Origin: Macrostomum lignano | Taxonomy: Eukaryota | Direction: 5' to 3' | Assembly (NCBI GenBank): GCA_002269645.1 | Contig: NIVC01000084.1 | Coordinates: forward strand, 62,001 to 126,000 | DNA length: 64,000 nucleotides | In this document: positions 35,231-49,000 of the stretch, piece after piece | Layout: each line of letters opens with the position of its first letter | Numbering within the stretch: the first letter of the stretch is position 1 | Notes under the pieces: model-generated | Told to the model about the DNA's origin: nothing | Database searches by the model: none | What the model saw: the letters and a program-made list of their open reading frames with translations, nothing else | Program-made: the position numbers and the translations under genes

Positions 35231-36339
35231 GTCTACTAAAGTTGTACTAGGGGTTTCAGCTCTCTCTCAAAAAATCCCACCAATTAGCCACCAAAGTTGT
35301 CGCAGGGCTTACTTCTGTCCTCCAACTATCCCACTATTGCCACCAAGTTGTCGCAGGGCTGATTCCTCTATCTAGAAATCTCAACTGCTGACACCAAAGT
35401 TGTGCTAGGGGTGTTCCCGTACAATACACAATCCTACCGCTGTAACCATAGTTGTAACAGGTTTTCAATTTCCCTCTATTAAATTTATACAGCTGATACT
35501 AAATTCTGCCTTTGATATTTCTAACTGTTTCTTAGAATTTCATTTGAATATACTGGTAGCGTCTTATGTTTTAATCTGGTAGTGTTCTTAGTATATTAGT
35601 CTGTAAGTCTGGTAGCATTCTTAAAATATGGTCTGGTAGCATTCTTAGTATATGGCCTGAGCGGTCTTACTGGTATATGTACTTTCTCTCTCCAGTCTGG
35701 GCGTTACCGAGATTAGAGGGTCACAGCGATCACTCTTAGTACTTTCTTTGCATGAATCCTTGATTCCCAACTCTCAATACCTCTTTAAAATAAGCAATGA
35801 TCTGAGAATAAGTATTGAACAAGCTGTAAATTATTTAATTCGTGAGAGCAAGTTGAATCCTACTTCCTTAAACTTTACTCCTATTTATATTATTTCTTTC
35901 GTGTATATTTAAACAAACATAGAATATTTGAGAATATTTTGCAAAGTAAAACAAAAATAGAGTTTTCGTGTAACATTTTAAAACTAGTATTTCTTAGAAA
36001 CAAAACCACTTCTACAACTTTGACACTGCTGATGAATGCTGTGCTATGCTTATAATTAATTTTGTGCATAATGTTGCTTGCACAAAGTCATGAGCAGTAG
36101 CAGCAATTGTTATTGCCTCATTGCAATGTACTGGTGAGTTAAAAAAAGCTGAAATAACTAGCAGATAACAAAACAGCAAAAAAGTGCGCTAGTAGCAAAG
36201 CAGCTTGTTAGTAAGAAAAGTAACAAGTGTTTAAGTTTTAATTCTAGCAATCAGGCAATGCAAGATGCAAAAGCAGTTGCAAATCTCATGCAATCAAGCT
36301 CATCCTCCTAAACTTCTGCGATTGCTCACTGCAAAATGC

Positions 36340-37639
36340 TCGCCCACGCTTTCTCTCTTGCGCCACAATCCTGTGACTATTGCACCAATGGTGCAATCGC
36401 AGCTTTGAAAACAGTCTCGCTATGCCCATCATGCATCGCTCTGAAAAAAAAAATCAGTCAGCTGGAATTGCTCGGCTCCTGGCGAATGATGCACGCAGTA
36501 ATACCCGATCGGCTGCTTCCACTTTGAGCAAACCACAATTAGCTCATCAGCTATCTGAGGCGTTTGGCCACCAGCCTCAGAGCCGCAGTCTTCAAATCCG
36601 ATAATCCGATCAGAAGCAGGATTGAATCTTAAAGATGGCCTGATCAACATGCCATCTAAGCTAACTGTACAAGCCTTCTCAGCAGGAGTCATCGATTCAG
36701 TAGCAGAGGTGATGTTAGCCTCAATTGTTGGGCAGATGCCTGAACTTCTCATGCTCTGTCCTAAGCTTCGCCGAATTGTCAATCTGCAGGGGAGCAGAAT
36801 TCCCATGTCGCTGAGGAATCTGTGACATCTGGGACTGAAGTGCAGCAGTCCAGTTACAATGTGCAGACTCGCTAAAGACCAAATCGGCCTACGCTTGCTG
36901 AAGTTGGCGGTGATGTCTTTGATAAAGTCTTGGACAGGAGAGCGAAACAAAGCCAATTTTGAGCAGTTGCATTAATGTCCCCATCTTTTCAGCTGAGCTG
37001 CCTCTGCTTTCAACATGATGAAGCGAGCCTCGAGTAATTTCAGCTTTCGCTGCAGGTTAGCACTCTTTCTTTGTTCCGCTTTCAACTTCCTTATCACAGC
37101 ATCTGGTGACGTAGACTTGCGGCCGCGTCCTGCGGTAGCAGAGATGCTCAAGGAGGTGTCCTCTAGTATCTGAGTGCCACTTCTAGCCTGCACCCTTTTA
37201 ATGCGAGGCCGCTTCAATTGTGTCCTACTTCGGGGTGGGCGTCGTAGGCTCGGCTGCTGAGTCTCTTTGTACAAGTTCATGGTTGGGTGCACAGTCCATA
37301 TTAACCGCGCGGTAGATTCATGACGCTGACTGGGGCACATTTACATATTATCGGCAAAGTGCTAGCTGCAGACGCAGGCATTCTTCCACTTTGCCTCATT
37401 TTTCCTGCCCAGGAGGTCAGCTCTGAAGATGCGCTTAGCCCAATCTTCGCATCTGAAGCAAAAAGGGGCTTTGCTTGACAACGTAAAAATGCTCTCATCA
37501 TTTCAAAAAATTAGCCAGCTGCCACTCACCTCTCTCTGGCTGCTAGAAAGCGGTGGAATCTAGTGCCCGGCGGACACTTTCCGGCATAGTTAGGGCATCC
37601 GTAAGCAGCGCACTGAAGCCTCAAAGCAGACGCAGTCAT
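36340..37639 (-). pseudogene. Decayed THAP-domain P-element (THAP9-like) transposase
   Basis: THAP exon 37639-37530 (CAAYGCPN...FHRF), intron, then RCEDW...VCS*HF...LIWTVHPT with stops. A coiled coil follows, then the P-transposase block SPRCHRFL...LPCRLTIRR...CTVSLDGMLIRPSLRFNPASDRIIGFED...WKQPIGY. Truncated afterwards. Confidence 0.85.
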
Positions 37640-38858
37640 ACAAAAACAGTATCACAATAAGCCGTGTATTAAAACTCTAGCAGATATGCCTTTGGTATTA
37701 GCACTTTTGAAGCCAAACCTAGCTTCATCAGCACCAGCTTGGGCCATAGATAATGCAATACAGCAAAGACAGGCTAGCCCGATCAATAATGCATTTGACC
37801 TGCATGCTTTCACGCCACGAGCTCGTGCTAGAAAGCCCAAGGCATGCTGTCTATGGCACTAACTTAGAGTGCAGAGGCAACAGAAGGCAGGGCCAGCCTA
37901 AAGGTAGGTTCTAAAAATAGCACAGCTTAGAAGGGGGTGCATTGGTTCTATCAAGCCTTGCTATATTCTGTGGACAAACCCGCAATAAATGGCAAAGGAT
38001 TATTTAAGTGCCATTCAGCCTACTTAGTTTTTCTTCACAACAAGAGTAGCCAGTATAGAATATCATTCTTGTACAAGAAATTTTCTCAAAATGTGGGATT
38101 CGCCATTCTGTGTATATTTGGTGGTATATACTACATGATCCAGAGTATGGTTTGGACCCTAGGCATACTTGGTGACCCCTTGATATAGCCTATATATCTT
38201 TCAAGAATAACCTTTTGGCATATTTTTGCTGAACTCTTAATGTATGTCTATGCTATGCATTTTTAGAATTAATTCCAAAAAGGATTAATTTTAAAATTCC
38301 TAAAAAAGTATCATAACTTTTATTTTGAATAACTTTGCTATATTAATAAAATGTCCAATTATGCTATATTATACTATATTAAAACTATTTTTAAAGTATT
38401 CTTTCTTATCAATTTTCAATCCTATAGGCATTTAATTTCCATTTTTTAACAAAACAACTATTGATAAAAATGCTTTTGAAAAAATGTCTATATATATCAG
38501 GCTATTGCTATTTACCTAGGCAAAAAGTTGTGTATGTATGTATATAAGGCTAGGGCTTTAAAAATTCAACTGAAAACTTCAATCATAATTGTTAGTCTTG
38601 AAATAAATCAATTTGTTTTAATATTATAAAAGAGAAATATGAATTGGAAAATATTAGAAAAACTTTGAAATAAAAGATAAAAAATGTATAAAGGTATACA
38701 TATAAGCATGACCATATGACCATAAGCATGACCATGACCATAAGCATGACCAAACAGAACCATATAAGCATGGTCGTAACAATTTTAGAAGAAATAAAGT
38801 AGAACTCAAAGTCATACCATTGTACGAGTAAAAAGTCAAGTTGACTTTAAAAGAATAA

Positions 38859-39100
38859 TCTATACATATAAAAATCAAAACTCTGTGTGTTGTGTATGTC
38901 TGTGTACAAATTACTTCGCTATGGACTCCCAAACCGATCAACCAATTCACACCAAATTTTGTACCCACCCTAAATTCACTACAGAAAATGTCATAGGCTA
39001 CCTTAAAATTTCCTAAATTTAGTCTTCTTACCTAAAAGTGCAAAAAACTGCTCAAAATGTGCAATTTTTTCACTAAATCCTTCATAGCGTCGCTCCACTT
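38859..39100 (+). mobile_element. Possible non-autonomous Helitron-like element, 5' part
   Basis: A|TCTATACATATAAAA start, GT-rich microsatellite-like block and ACCGATC...ACCAAATTT, recalling Lep1/DINE-type elements. The 3' end was not identified. Confidence 0.4.
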
Positions 39101-39989
39101 CTACCGATCCTCTTCAAATTTAACACAATCAATCTTCAACTATTTTGACACAATCGTGTAAAATTTCAAGTCTCAAAGTTAATCCTGAATGGTGCTGTGC
39201 ACTTTTAAAGTTAGGCTGTTTTTTCAGTGTAGCAGCCACCCCAGCCTCCACCTGCCTGCCTCTCTTTCCCAATCTGGGCAAAGGGTGCAAATAGGTTTTA
39301 AAATGACTAACTTTAGGCTGCCATAAGTTTGCTTCACGTAAAGCGATTGACTTCAAATTTGACACAATTCTTCATTGACTCATTCTCTGTCTAAATTTAA
39401 AGTCTCAACTCTGTATCTCAATTAGAACAGAAACTGTAAGCATATGAAGTTTGTCTGCTTTTTTCTGTTGTTTGTGCCTCTCACTCAACTCATTTCCCCA
39501 GCCCAGCCCCAGACAAAGGGTTAGGCGATAGGGCTGAATGTACATAGCAAATATACAGTGTTTTGAAATGACTTTTTAATAGCCTTCTCTATACCCCGCG
39601 AGTGGCAAGGCGTGGAGAGGAGAGATAGTTTAGCGAGAGATTCAAATGACTATCTTTTGTATAGACAAGTCTGCAGCAGTTTAACAGGTGGATGGCAAAT
39701 GATTTGTAAAAATAATTGATTACAATGCAATTCTATTAAATTAGTTACACTATGAAAATTTTAACATTAAGTTTCGCATAAGGTAACTTTTAATTTTAAA
39801 CTGACTCCTAAGAAATGTGTATTTCATGGTTGATAGACTGTTGCAGACTGTGGTAGTGGAGTTGGAGATACACCAAATTCCTCTCAGGGCTGCTAATTGG
39901 CCAGAAAGATGACGTGATTAAAGCATGAGAAATGAGAACAACCATGAAAGTACTATGTCCCACAAACTGGCTTTCAAAGCAGGGATCGG

Positions 39990-41420
39990 CAGATTTTTAC
40001 CTCAAAGGAAAAATGAAGCCAAGAATCCAGCTCATGGCTGCGGGGGCAGATGAGAGTGGAAAGGAGAAGGAATAGACTATTAGAAGAGAGGAAAGGCAAG
40101 AGGGGGGGTAAAAGAAAAGATAGATGAGAGGAGAGACAAGAGGGTAAGGAGAGAGCAAATAATAGGGGATGAAGAAGCAAGAGGAGAGAAAAGAAGAAAG
40201 AGTAGAGGTGAAAAGAGGGAGAGAGAAGAGGGGAGAGATAAGACAGAGGATCGATGAGAGAGGAGAGTAGAGAAGAGTGATAAGAGATGAGAGAGGATCA
40301 AGAGGATTGATTTAAAAGGATAGATAAGAGAGGAGATAAGAGGGGGGAGACAAGGGAAAGAGAGGAGTGAGAAGAGAGGAGATAGAGATGAGAGAGTTGA
40401 TAAAGAAGAGAGGAGAAAGGAGAGATTATAGAGAAGTAATGGAATGAGGAGGAGAGAGGAAAGCGATAAAATTGTAGAGATGATAGAGTAGAGATAAGAG
40501 ATGGAGGAGAGTGCAGAGTGCAAAGAGATGAGAGCAGAGAATAGAGGGAGAGAGTATAGAAGAGGGAAGAGAAGAGACAAGAAGAAAAAAGAAAGAAAAG
40601 AGAGTCCTAAGTCAAAAAAAGGGAAAGAGAAGAGTACAAGAGGAGAGAGGTGAGAGAACATGAGAGATGAAAGAAGGGAGATGAGAGAGCAGAAACAAGA
40701 GTGAACAGACGAGAGATGGGAGAGTAGAGAGAAAAGAGGAGAGATAAGAAATAAGAGATGACAGGTAGAGACAAGGGAGAGATGAGAAGTGAGTGAGGAG
40801 AGAGGAGGGGAGGAGAGAGAATTGAGAGGACAGGGGAAATTGGAGAAAAGGACGAGAGAGCCAAGAGGAGAGGAAATGGGGGAGAGATTAGAGAGAAGAG
40901 AAATAGGACATGAGAGAGCAGAGAGATGAGAAGAGAGAGAGGAGAGGAAAGAGAGAAGCAGAGAGAAATAGGAAAAGATAAAAGAGAGAAGATTAAAAGA
41001 AGAAAAAGGAGAGATAAGAGAGGTCTGAGAGGTGAGGGAAGAGACAATAGAAGAGATGAGAGGAAATAGCAGAGGGAAGAGAGAAAAAAGGAGAGAGGTG
41101 AGATGACAGAAGTGTTAAGAGAGGGTAGAGAGCAGAGAGAAGAGAGAATAGAGAGCAAAGAGAAATGAGAAGAGATAAAAGAGGTCAAAGGAGATAGAGA
41201 TCAGAGACCAGAGAGGAGAGAGGAGAGGAGAGAGAAAAGAATAGAGGGAAGAGTTAAGAGAAGAGGGGAGAGAGGAGAGAAGAAAGAAGAGATGAGAGGA
41301 GAGAGAGAAGAGTTGCTCAGAGATAAGAGAAGAGACAAGACAAGAGAAGATAGGGAAAAAAAGAGAAGAGAGACATTTCAAAGGATCCAAGGGACTTAGG
41401 GAGAGTCAGAGATAGAAGCA
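39990..41420. repeat. GA-rich degenerate low-complexity tract
   Basis: Purine-only tract. The minus-strand S/L/F ORFs are artefacts. Confidence 0.9.
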
Positions 41421-43036
41421 AGAGTTTGCCTGACATTCTGTGTAGCACCCCAGCCAAAAATATCAATGTTTGCCTCAAATCCTAATTTTACACAAATGTA
41501 CTCAATTTTATGTTTACCTCTATCCTATTAACTTTTAAAAAGTTTTTGTTTGAGTATGGCCTCAGAAGCTCAGATTTCAGAATGCATGCAAAAATAGTTT
41601 CAGGGATTGGAATTCCCTGGGTTCAAAATCCGCGGGTTTCAACAGCTTGTCAACATATATACTTATATTATTTTGTGAATTATAGGTGCAAATACATTTT
41701 TAATGCATTTAATAATACAATAAAAAAGTGCTGTGGTTGTAACAATAGAAAATGTAGGAACAGGTTTTTAAAGTTTAACTGAAAATTTTTTGTGCACATA
41801 GTATATGCCAAACAATGAAACTTCTACAAAAAGGTGTTAACATATGTGAAAACTTTTGAGTGAAATATTTTAATGATTGGAGAAATCATAAATTTGTTTA
41901 AACTTTGTTTGTGTGCTGGTTGTAACTGTTATGGTCATAACATTTTTTTCTGTCTATTCAGTAACTGAGGTACCAATATTATAAAAAAAGATTATAATGG
42001 TGGCTAATGTTTTTATCTAATTATGTAAGTATTATAATTTTATCTATAGTTTGTTTTAACCTTCCAAAGCTTTTCATTTGTTTTAAAAGGTACACAAAGT
42101 TAATGATATCTTCTACTTAGAAAAATGTCCAAATTTTTACAAAAATGACTTTTTGCCAATTGATTATAGCATACTAATCCAACATTTTACCATTCATTTA
42201 TTCTTAGATTGTGTATATTACACATTTAAAACATTTGGCAAAAAAATTGGCTAATAAGGCAATAGCAAGCAAAAATATTGACTTTTTTCTATTTTCCAAA
42301 TATGTCCATCTTATCTGGAATGAGCCATAAAGAACATGGAAAAATGCTTTTCTTATGCTTTTTTGAGTGCCTAATGCATGAGTACATATATATTTTTGGC
42401 TTATACTTTTAGTTTTCACTTAGGCTCTTTTTTAGGCATGATCATTTCCAGTAGTTATATTAGATATACTCTATTTAGAAATGTATATAAAATGCTATTG
42501 TATATTTTTTGATAAAATGTTTTATAAAGCTAATATCAAAATGTCTAAAATCATTTTAAATATAGCTAGAAAATATGTGCATGTATTCATATCATAAGCA
42601 TATAGCCCAAACATTTAAAGCTATTAAATACATTTTTCTTTTATTGCAAAGCAAATCCCAGATTAGCACTGCTTTATTCTATTGGTTGATTTAGAAAGTG
42701 CATCATGATGATCAAAGTTTAGAGTGCATAATGTGATAACTCCTTTTGGTCCTAACTGATTTTTACTATTCATGGGCACTTTTATATGTCCAAAATTCCA
42801 TACTTTAGACAAATCAGTTTAACTGCCTTTATCACATTTCCAACATTCCATATTTCCAAAAATTTATATCTATGAAAACCTTAACTCTAGAGTCTAATAT
42901 CTGCTATTACTATTAGTAATACGAATGTATTGGAATCAAATTAGGCCAAACAGCCAAAACTTTTGCTTCATTAGCAGTTGACAACTTTCATATTTCTGAT
43001 TTATCTGCTTTATGTTGCTTCTTTTCATTGCTTGGC

Positions 43037-46000
43037 ATGACAGGCGGCGGAGACCTGCCTGTACACAATGTACTTTTAGTAGCTTGTGGCTCATTCAATC
43101 CCGTCACTAATATGCACCTGCGCATGTTTGAGTTAGCCAGAGATGCACTGACTCGAACTGGCAGATTTCGAGTCCTTGGCGGTTTGGTGTCGCCAGTGTC
43201 CGATGCTTACTCACAAGTTGCTCAGCTCGAAGGCTTAGCCGCTGTCAATCACAGGTTGGAGATGATTCGTCTGGCACTGCAGCCGCCTAGCAGGGAGGGC
43301 CCGGCCGCCTGGGTCCGATTGGCTCGCTGGGAGGCTAGACTGGCTGATTGGACGCCGACTAGGCGAGTTCTGGACCACTATCAGGCTGTTATGGACTGCG
43401 GGCCTGTGCAGCAGGGAGCCGAGGTTCATGCTGGTGCGACTGCTGGCGCCTCTGCTGCCACTGCCGCTGCTGCGGGAGCTGCTACTGGTGCGTCAGCGGC
43501 ATGAAAATGCCTGCCAAGTTTTGGGTAGCCGCTGAAGGATTTGGCTGGGGTGGTCACTGAAGGATTTGGCTGGGGTGGTCACTGAAGGATTTGGCTGGGG
43601 TGGTCACTGAAGGATTTGGCTGGGGTGGTCACTGAAGGATTTGGCTGGGGTGGTCACTGAAGGATTTGGCTGGGGTGGCCACTGAAGGATTTGGCTGGGG
43701 TGGTCACTGAAGGATTTGGCTGGGGTGGCCACTGAAGGATTTGGCTGGGGTGGTCACTGAAGGATTTGGCTGGGGTGGCCACTGAAGGATTTGGCTGGGG
43801 TGGCCACTGAAGGATTTGGCTGGGGTGGTCACTGAAGGATTTGGCTGGGGTGGCCACTGAAGGATTTGGCTGGGGTGGCCACTGAAGGATTTGGCTGGGG
43901 TAGACACTGAAGGATCAGGGGATGGGGGGCAGCAGGCACTGAAGGATCAGGGGAGGGGCAGCAGCAGGTACTGATAGATAGGGGGGGCAGCAGCAGGCAC
44001 TGAAGCTTCAGGGGAGGGGCAGCAGCAGGCACTGAAGGATAGGGGGGGGGGCAGCAGCAGGCACTGAAGAATCCATAAGTTCACAGCACGCGGCAATTTC
44101 TCCGCTTTAAACAGACCCAGATGACTATCGCTGGCTTACTGGGCTGCTTCGCCGGCTTCGACTGAAAGACCCGCTAACCGTTGCACACCCTATGCTACTG
44201 TGCGGCTCCGATATGCTTAAATCGTTCGCCGTGCCAGGACTATGGACTAATGACGATGTGAGGAGTTCTTACGTACATTAATTGAGAAATATTAGGCCTC
44301 AGACAAGACTAACAATGGTTGATTGTTATAATTTTAATAATATAATCAAACCAAGGGGTTGTAGCCTAGTGGTTAGAGCGTCAGACTCACGACTTGAAGG
44401 TCGGAGGTTCGATTCCCGATCCCACTGGAACAGTTTGTGTCCTCAAGGAAGACACTTAACCCTGAATTGCTTCAGTTCACTCCCAGCTGTAAAATGGGTG
44501 CCAGCATTAGCTGGGGTAATTGAGGCTGTGTGGCGACCCCCCAGTCCTTGGACTGAACAGCCGTACGCAGCCTTCAGATGCGCCGCGCAATAGCTGCGGC
44601 TGAGCTGTCGGTTGCACATCTGCTTATTAAGGCAGTTGTAATTATTATCTGATTTGAACTAGTGATACATTCTGTGATCTGATTTTCTGTAGTCACCCAC
44701 ACGGTCTCACAGGGTTTACAGTGGCCCTGACTTGCTAATCGTCTGGCATGTACACTCTCTGTGCATTGGAGTTGGCCGTTTTGTTTTCAAGACCTCCACG
44801 AGTTTTGTAATTAATTATAACTATTATTTAAAACTATTTTCCAGCTGGTAAAAATACTTCGCGACTACGGCCTGATTGTGATCACTAAGCCTAGCTGCAA
44901 TCCGCAACAGATTATCTTTGAAAATGATCTGCTTAACACTTACGAGGTTTGTGGATAAATATATATTAACTAAATTATAATTATTCAACATTGCAATTCA
45001 TCTGGTAGCTGATATGTTTATCATCACGTATTACAGCAAAACATCGCCCTAGTAACTGAGTGGACAGTGAACGAACTCAGTTCCGCTTTCGTTCGTCGAG
45101 CCCTTCGTCGACGAGAGAGTGTGCGTTACTTGCTGCCAGATCCTGTTATTGAGTACATCTATCGCAATGCTCTGTACCAGTCTACTGCTGAGAGGCCCAG
45201 GTTAGTGCGCTGGTTAGTGTTGTCTTTATATTGTTGAGCTTCAGGTGTAGGAGTAGTGAGATTATTGAGCTTCAGGTGTATGGGTAGTGAGATTATGTAG
45301 CTTCAGGTGAATGGGTAGTGAGACTATTTAGCTTCAGGTGAATGGGTAGTGAGATTATGGAACTTCAGGTGAATGGGTAGTGAGATTATGGAACTTCAGG
45401 TGAATGGGCAGTGAGATTATGTAACTTTAGGTGTATGGATAGTGAGACTATTTAGCTTCAGGTGAATGGGTAGTGAGACTATTTAGCTTCAGGTGAATGG
45501 GTAGTGAGACTATTTAGCTTCAGGTGAATGGGTAGTGAGACTATTTAGCTTCAGGTGAATGGGCAGTGAGATTTTGGAACTTTAGGTGTATGGATAGTGA
45601 GACTATTTAGCTTCAGGTGAATGGGTAGTGAGACTATTTAGCTTCAGGTGGATAGGTAGTGAGATTTTGGAGCTTCAGGTGAATGGGTAGTGTGATTATG
45701 GAGCTTCAGATGAATGGGTAGTGTGATAATGGAGCTTCAGGTGAATGGGTAGTGAGATTTTGGAGCTTCAGGTGAATGGGTAGTGAGATTTTGGAGCTTC
45801 AGGTGAATGGGTAGTGAGAGTATGGAGCTTCAGGTGAATGGGTAGTGAGATTTTGGAGCTTCAGGTGAATGGGTAGTGAGATTATGGAACTTAAGGTGTA
45901 TGGATAGTGAGACTATTTAGCTTCAGGTGAATGGGTAGTGAGATTATGGAACTTCAGGTGAATGGGTAGTGAGACTATTTAGCTTCAGGTGAATGGGTAG

Positions 46001-49000
46001 TGAGACTATTTAGCTTCAGGTGAATGGGTAGTGAGACTATTTAGCTTCAGGTGAATGGGTAGTGAGATTATTTAGCTTGAGGTGAATGGGTAGTGAGATT
46101 ATTTAGCTTCAGGTGAATGGGTAGTGAGATTATGGAACTTCAGGTGAATGGGTAGTGAGACTATCTAGCTTCAGGTGAATGGGTAGTGAGATTATGGAAC
46201 TTTAGGTGTATGGATAGTGAGACTATTTAGCTTCAGGTGAATGGGTAGTGAGATTATTTAGCTTCAGTTGAATGGGTAGTGAGACTATTTAGCTTCAGGT
46301 GAATGGGTAGTGAGACTATTTAGCTTCAGGTGAATGGGTAGTGAGACTTTTTAGCTTCAGGTGAATGGGCAGTGAGATTATGGAACTTTAGGTGTATAGA
46401 TAGTGAGACTATTTAGCTTCAGGTGAATGGGCAGTGGGATTATGGAACTTTAGGTGTATGGATAGTGAGACTATTTAGCTTCAGGTGAATGGGTAGTGAG
46501 ACTATTTAGCTTCAGGTGGATGGGCAGTGAGATTATGGAACTTCAGGTGAATGGGTAGTGAGACTATTTAGCTTCAGGTGAATGGGTAGTGAGATTATGG
46601 AACTTCAGGTAAATGGGTAGTGAGAGTATGGAACTTCAGGTGTATTGGTAGTGAGACTATTTAGCTTCAGGTGAATGGGTAGTGAGATTATGGAACTTCA
46701 GGTAAATGGGTAGTGAGAGTATGGAACTTCAGGTGTATGGGTAGTGAGACTATTTAGCTTCAGGTGAATGGGCAGTGAGATTATGGAACTTCAGGTGAAT
46801 GGGTAGTGAGACTATTTAGCTTCAGGTGAATGGGTAGTGAGATTATGGAACTTCAGGTAAATGGGTAGTGAGAGTATGAAACTTCAGGTGTATGGGTAGT
46901 GAGAGTATGGAACTTCAGGTGTATGGGTAGTGAGACTATTTAGCTTCAGGTGAATGGGCAGTGAGATTATGGAACTTCAGGTGTATGGGTAGTGAGACTA
47001 TTTAGCTTCAGGTGAATGGGTAGTGAGACTATTTAGCTTCAGGTGAATGGGTAGTGAGGTTATGTAGCTTCAGGTAGCTGTTATCCAACCTCACTTTCAC
47101 CTGTCCCATAGGTGAATATTGCGGCAAGTTTAGCAATTGCGATCAAGTAGAAGTACAATACCATACTCTTTTTTGTCAGAAAATTTGTTGGAGAAAAAGC
47201 AAAACATTGCTTTTCGCAGGTAATTTTTTGCGTTTCAAACTTGGCTTTTCTGCGCATTTTTGCCTTGGAAACAGAGATTTTGTTTTCGTTTCTTGGTATT
47301 TCAGCCCATGCATACACTAATTGTGCAGTTAGCTGGGCATGACTCAAGTGTTTTCGTTTAAAGTAGTTTCGTTACTTTGGAGGGAAACTAAAATAAGTCT
47401 TCTTGCAATCTTTGCAGTCTACTGCCGCTCGTAACCTTATGCGAGCGTATTAAGTACTATAAAGGGCCTTAAGGTTTTTCTTTTATTTGCGGCAAAATGT
47501 GCTTCTGACTTCATTCCACAGCTCTTGCTTCCTTTGGTTTTGTAATAAAATTAAGATTTGTTTTGATCTAATCTTTCTCTATACTTCCCCTCTCCTCCCT
47601 CTTTCCCTCTCATTCCCCTCTCCTTCCTCTCCTTTCCCTCTCCTTTCCCTCTCATTCCTCTCCTTTCCCTCTCCTTTCCCTCTCCGTCCGCTCTCCTTTC
47701 CTTCTCCGTCCCCTCTCCTTTCCCTCTCCGTCCCCTCTCCTTTCCCTCTCCGTCCGCTCTCCTTTCCTTCTCCGTCCCCTCTCCTTTCCTTCTCCGTCCC
47801 CTCTCCTTTCCCTCTCCTTTCCCTCTCCGTCCCCTCTCCTTTCCCTCTCCGTCCCCTCTCCTTTCCCTCTCCGTCCGCTCTCCTTTCCTTCTCCGTCCCC
47901 TCTCCTTTCCTTCTCCGTCCCCTCTCCTTTCCCTCTCCGTCCCCTCTCCTTTCCCTCTCCGTCCCCTCTCCTTTCCCTCTCCGTCCGCTCTCCTTTCCTT
48001 CTCCTTTCCCTCTCCTTTCCCTCTCCTTCCTCTCCTTTCCCTCTCCTTTCCCTCTCCTTTCCCTCTCCTTTCCCTCTCCTTTCCCTCTCCGTCCGCTCTC
48101 CTTTCCCTCTCCGTCCCCTCTCCTTTCCCTCTCCGTCCCATCTCCTTTCCCTCTCCGTCCCCTCTCCTTTCCCTCTCCGTCCCCTCTCCTTTCCCTCTCC
48201 GTCCCCTCTCCTTTCCCTCTCCGTCCCCTCTCCTTTCCCTCTCCGTCCCCTCTCCTTTCCCTCTCCGTCCCCTCTCCTTTCCCTCTCCGTCCCCTCTCCG
48301 TCCCTCTCCGTCCCCTCTCCTTTCCCTCTCCGTCCCATCTCCTTTCCCTCTCCGTCCCCTCTCCTTTCCCTCTCCGTCCCCTCTCCTTTCCCTCTCCGTC
48401 CCCTCTCCGTCCCTCTCCGTCCCCTCTCCTTTCTCTCTCCGTCCCCTCTCCTTTCCCTCTCCGTCCCCTCTCCTTTCCCTCTCCGTACCCTCTCCTTTTC
48501 CTCTCCGCCCCCTCTCCTTTCTCTCTCCGTCCCCTCTCCTTTCCCTCTCCGTCCCCTCTCCTTTTCCTCTCCGTACCCTCTCCTTTTCCTCTCCGCCCCC
48601 TCTCCTTTCTCTCTCCGTCCCCTCTCCTTTCCCTCTCCGTCCCATCTCCTTTCCCTCTCCGTCCCCTCTCCTTTCCCTCTCCGTCCCCTCTCCTTTCCCT
48701 CTCCGTCCCCTCTCCGTCCCTCTCCGTCCCCTCTCCTTTCTCTCTCCGTCCCCTCTCCTTTCCCTCTCCGTCCCCTCTCCTTTCCCTCTCCGTACCCTCT
48801 CCTTTTCCTCTCCGCCCCCCTCTCCTTTCTCTCTCCGTCCCCTCTCCTTTTCGCGCTTTAAATAAAAATTAGCAAAAGTCAAATGCAAATTCAGCATTTT
48901 AAAGCACAGCACTACTTTCAGTAGCTTGCAAGCGTCCCCTAAATTCAGTATCAAATATCTCTCCTTCCAGACCGGCATCATCAACAGCCGCCATTATCCA

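Noticed and set aside
44355-44428. tRNA-Val(CAC)-like gene (also 866, 1847, 18037)
   Set aside because: D, anticodon and T stems are mismatched, and the sequence continues into a repeated SINE body. These are SINE heads.
47487-48984. Long ORFs of 461/477 aa (also 5147-5897, 40080-41390, 3586-3975, 20430-20831, 29315-29988, 43654-44032, 57172-57513, 58978-59677)
   Set aside because: They are translations of low-complexity or tandem repeats lacking stop codons.
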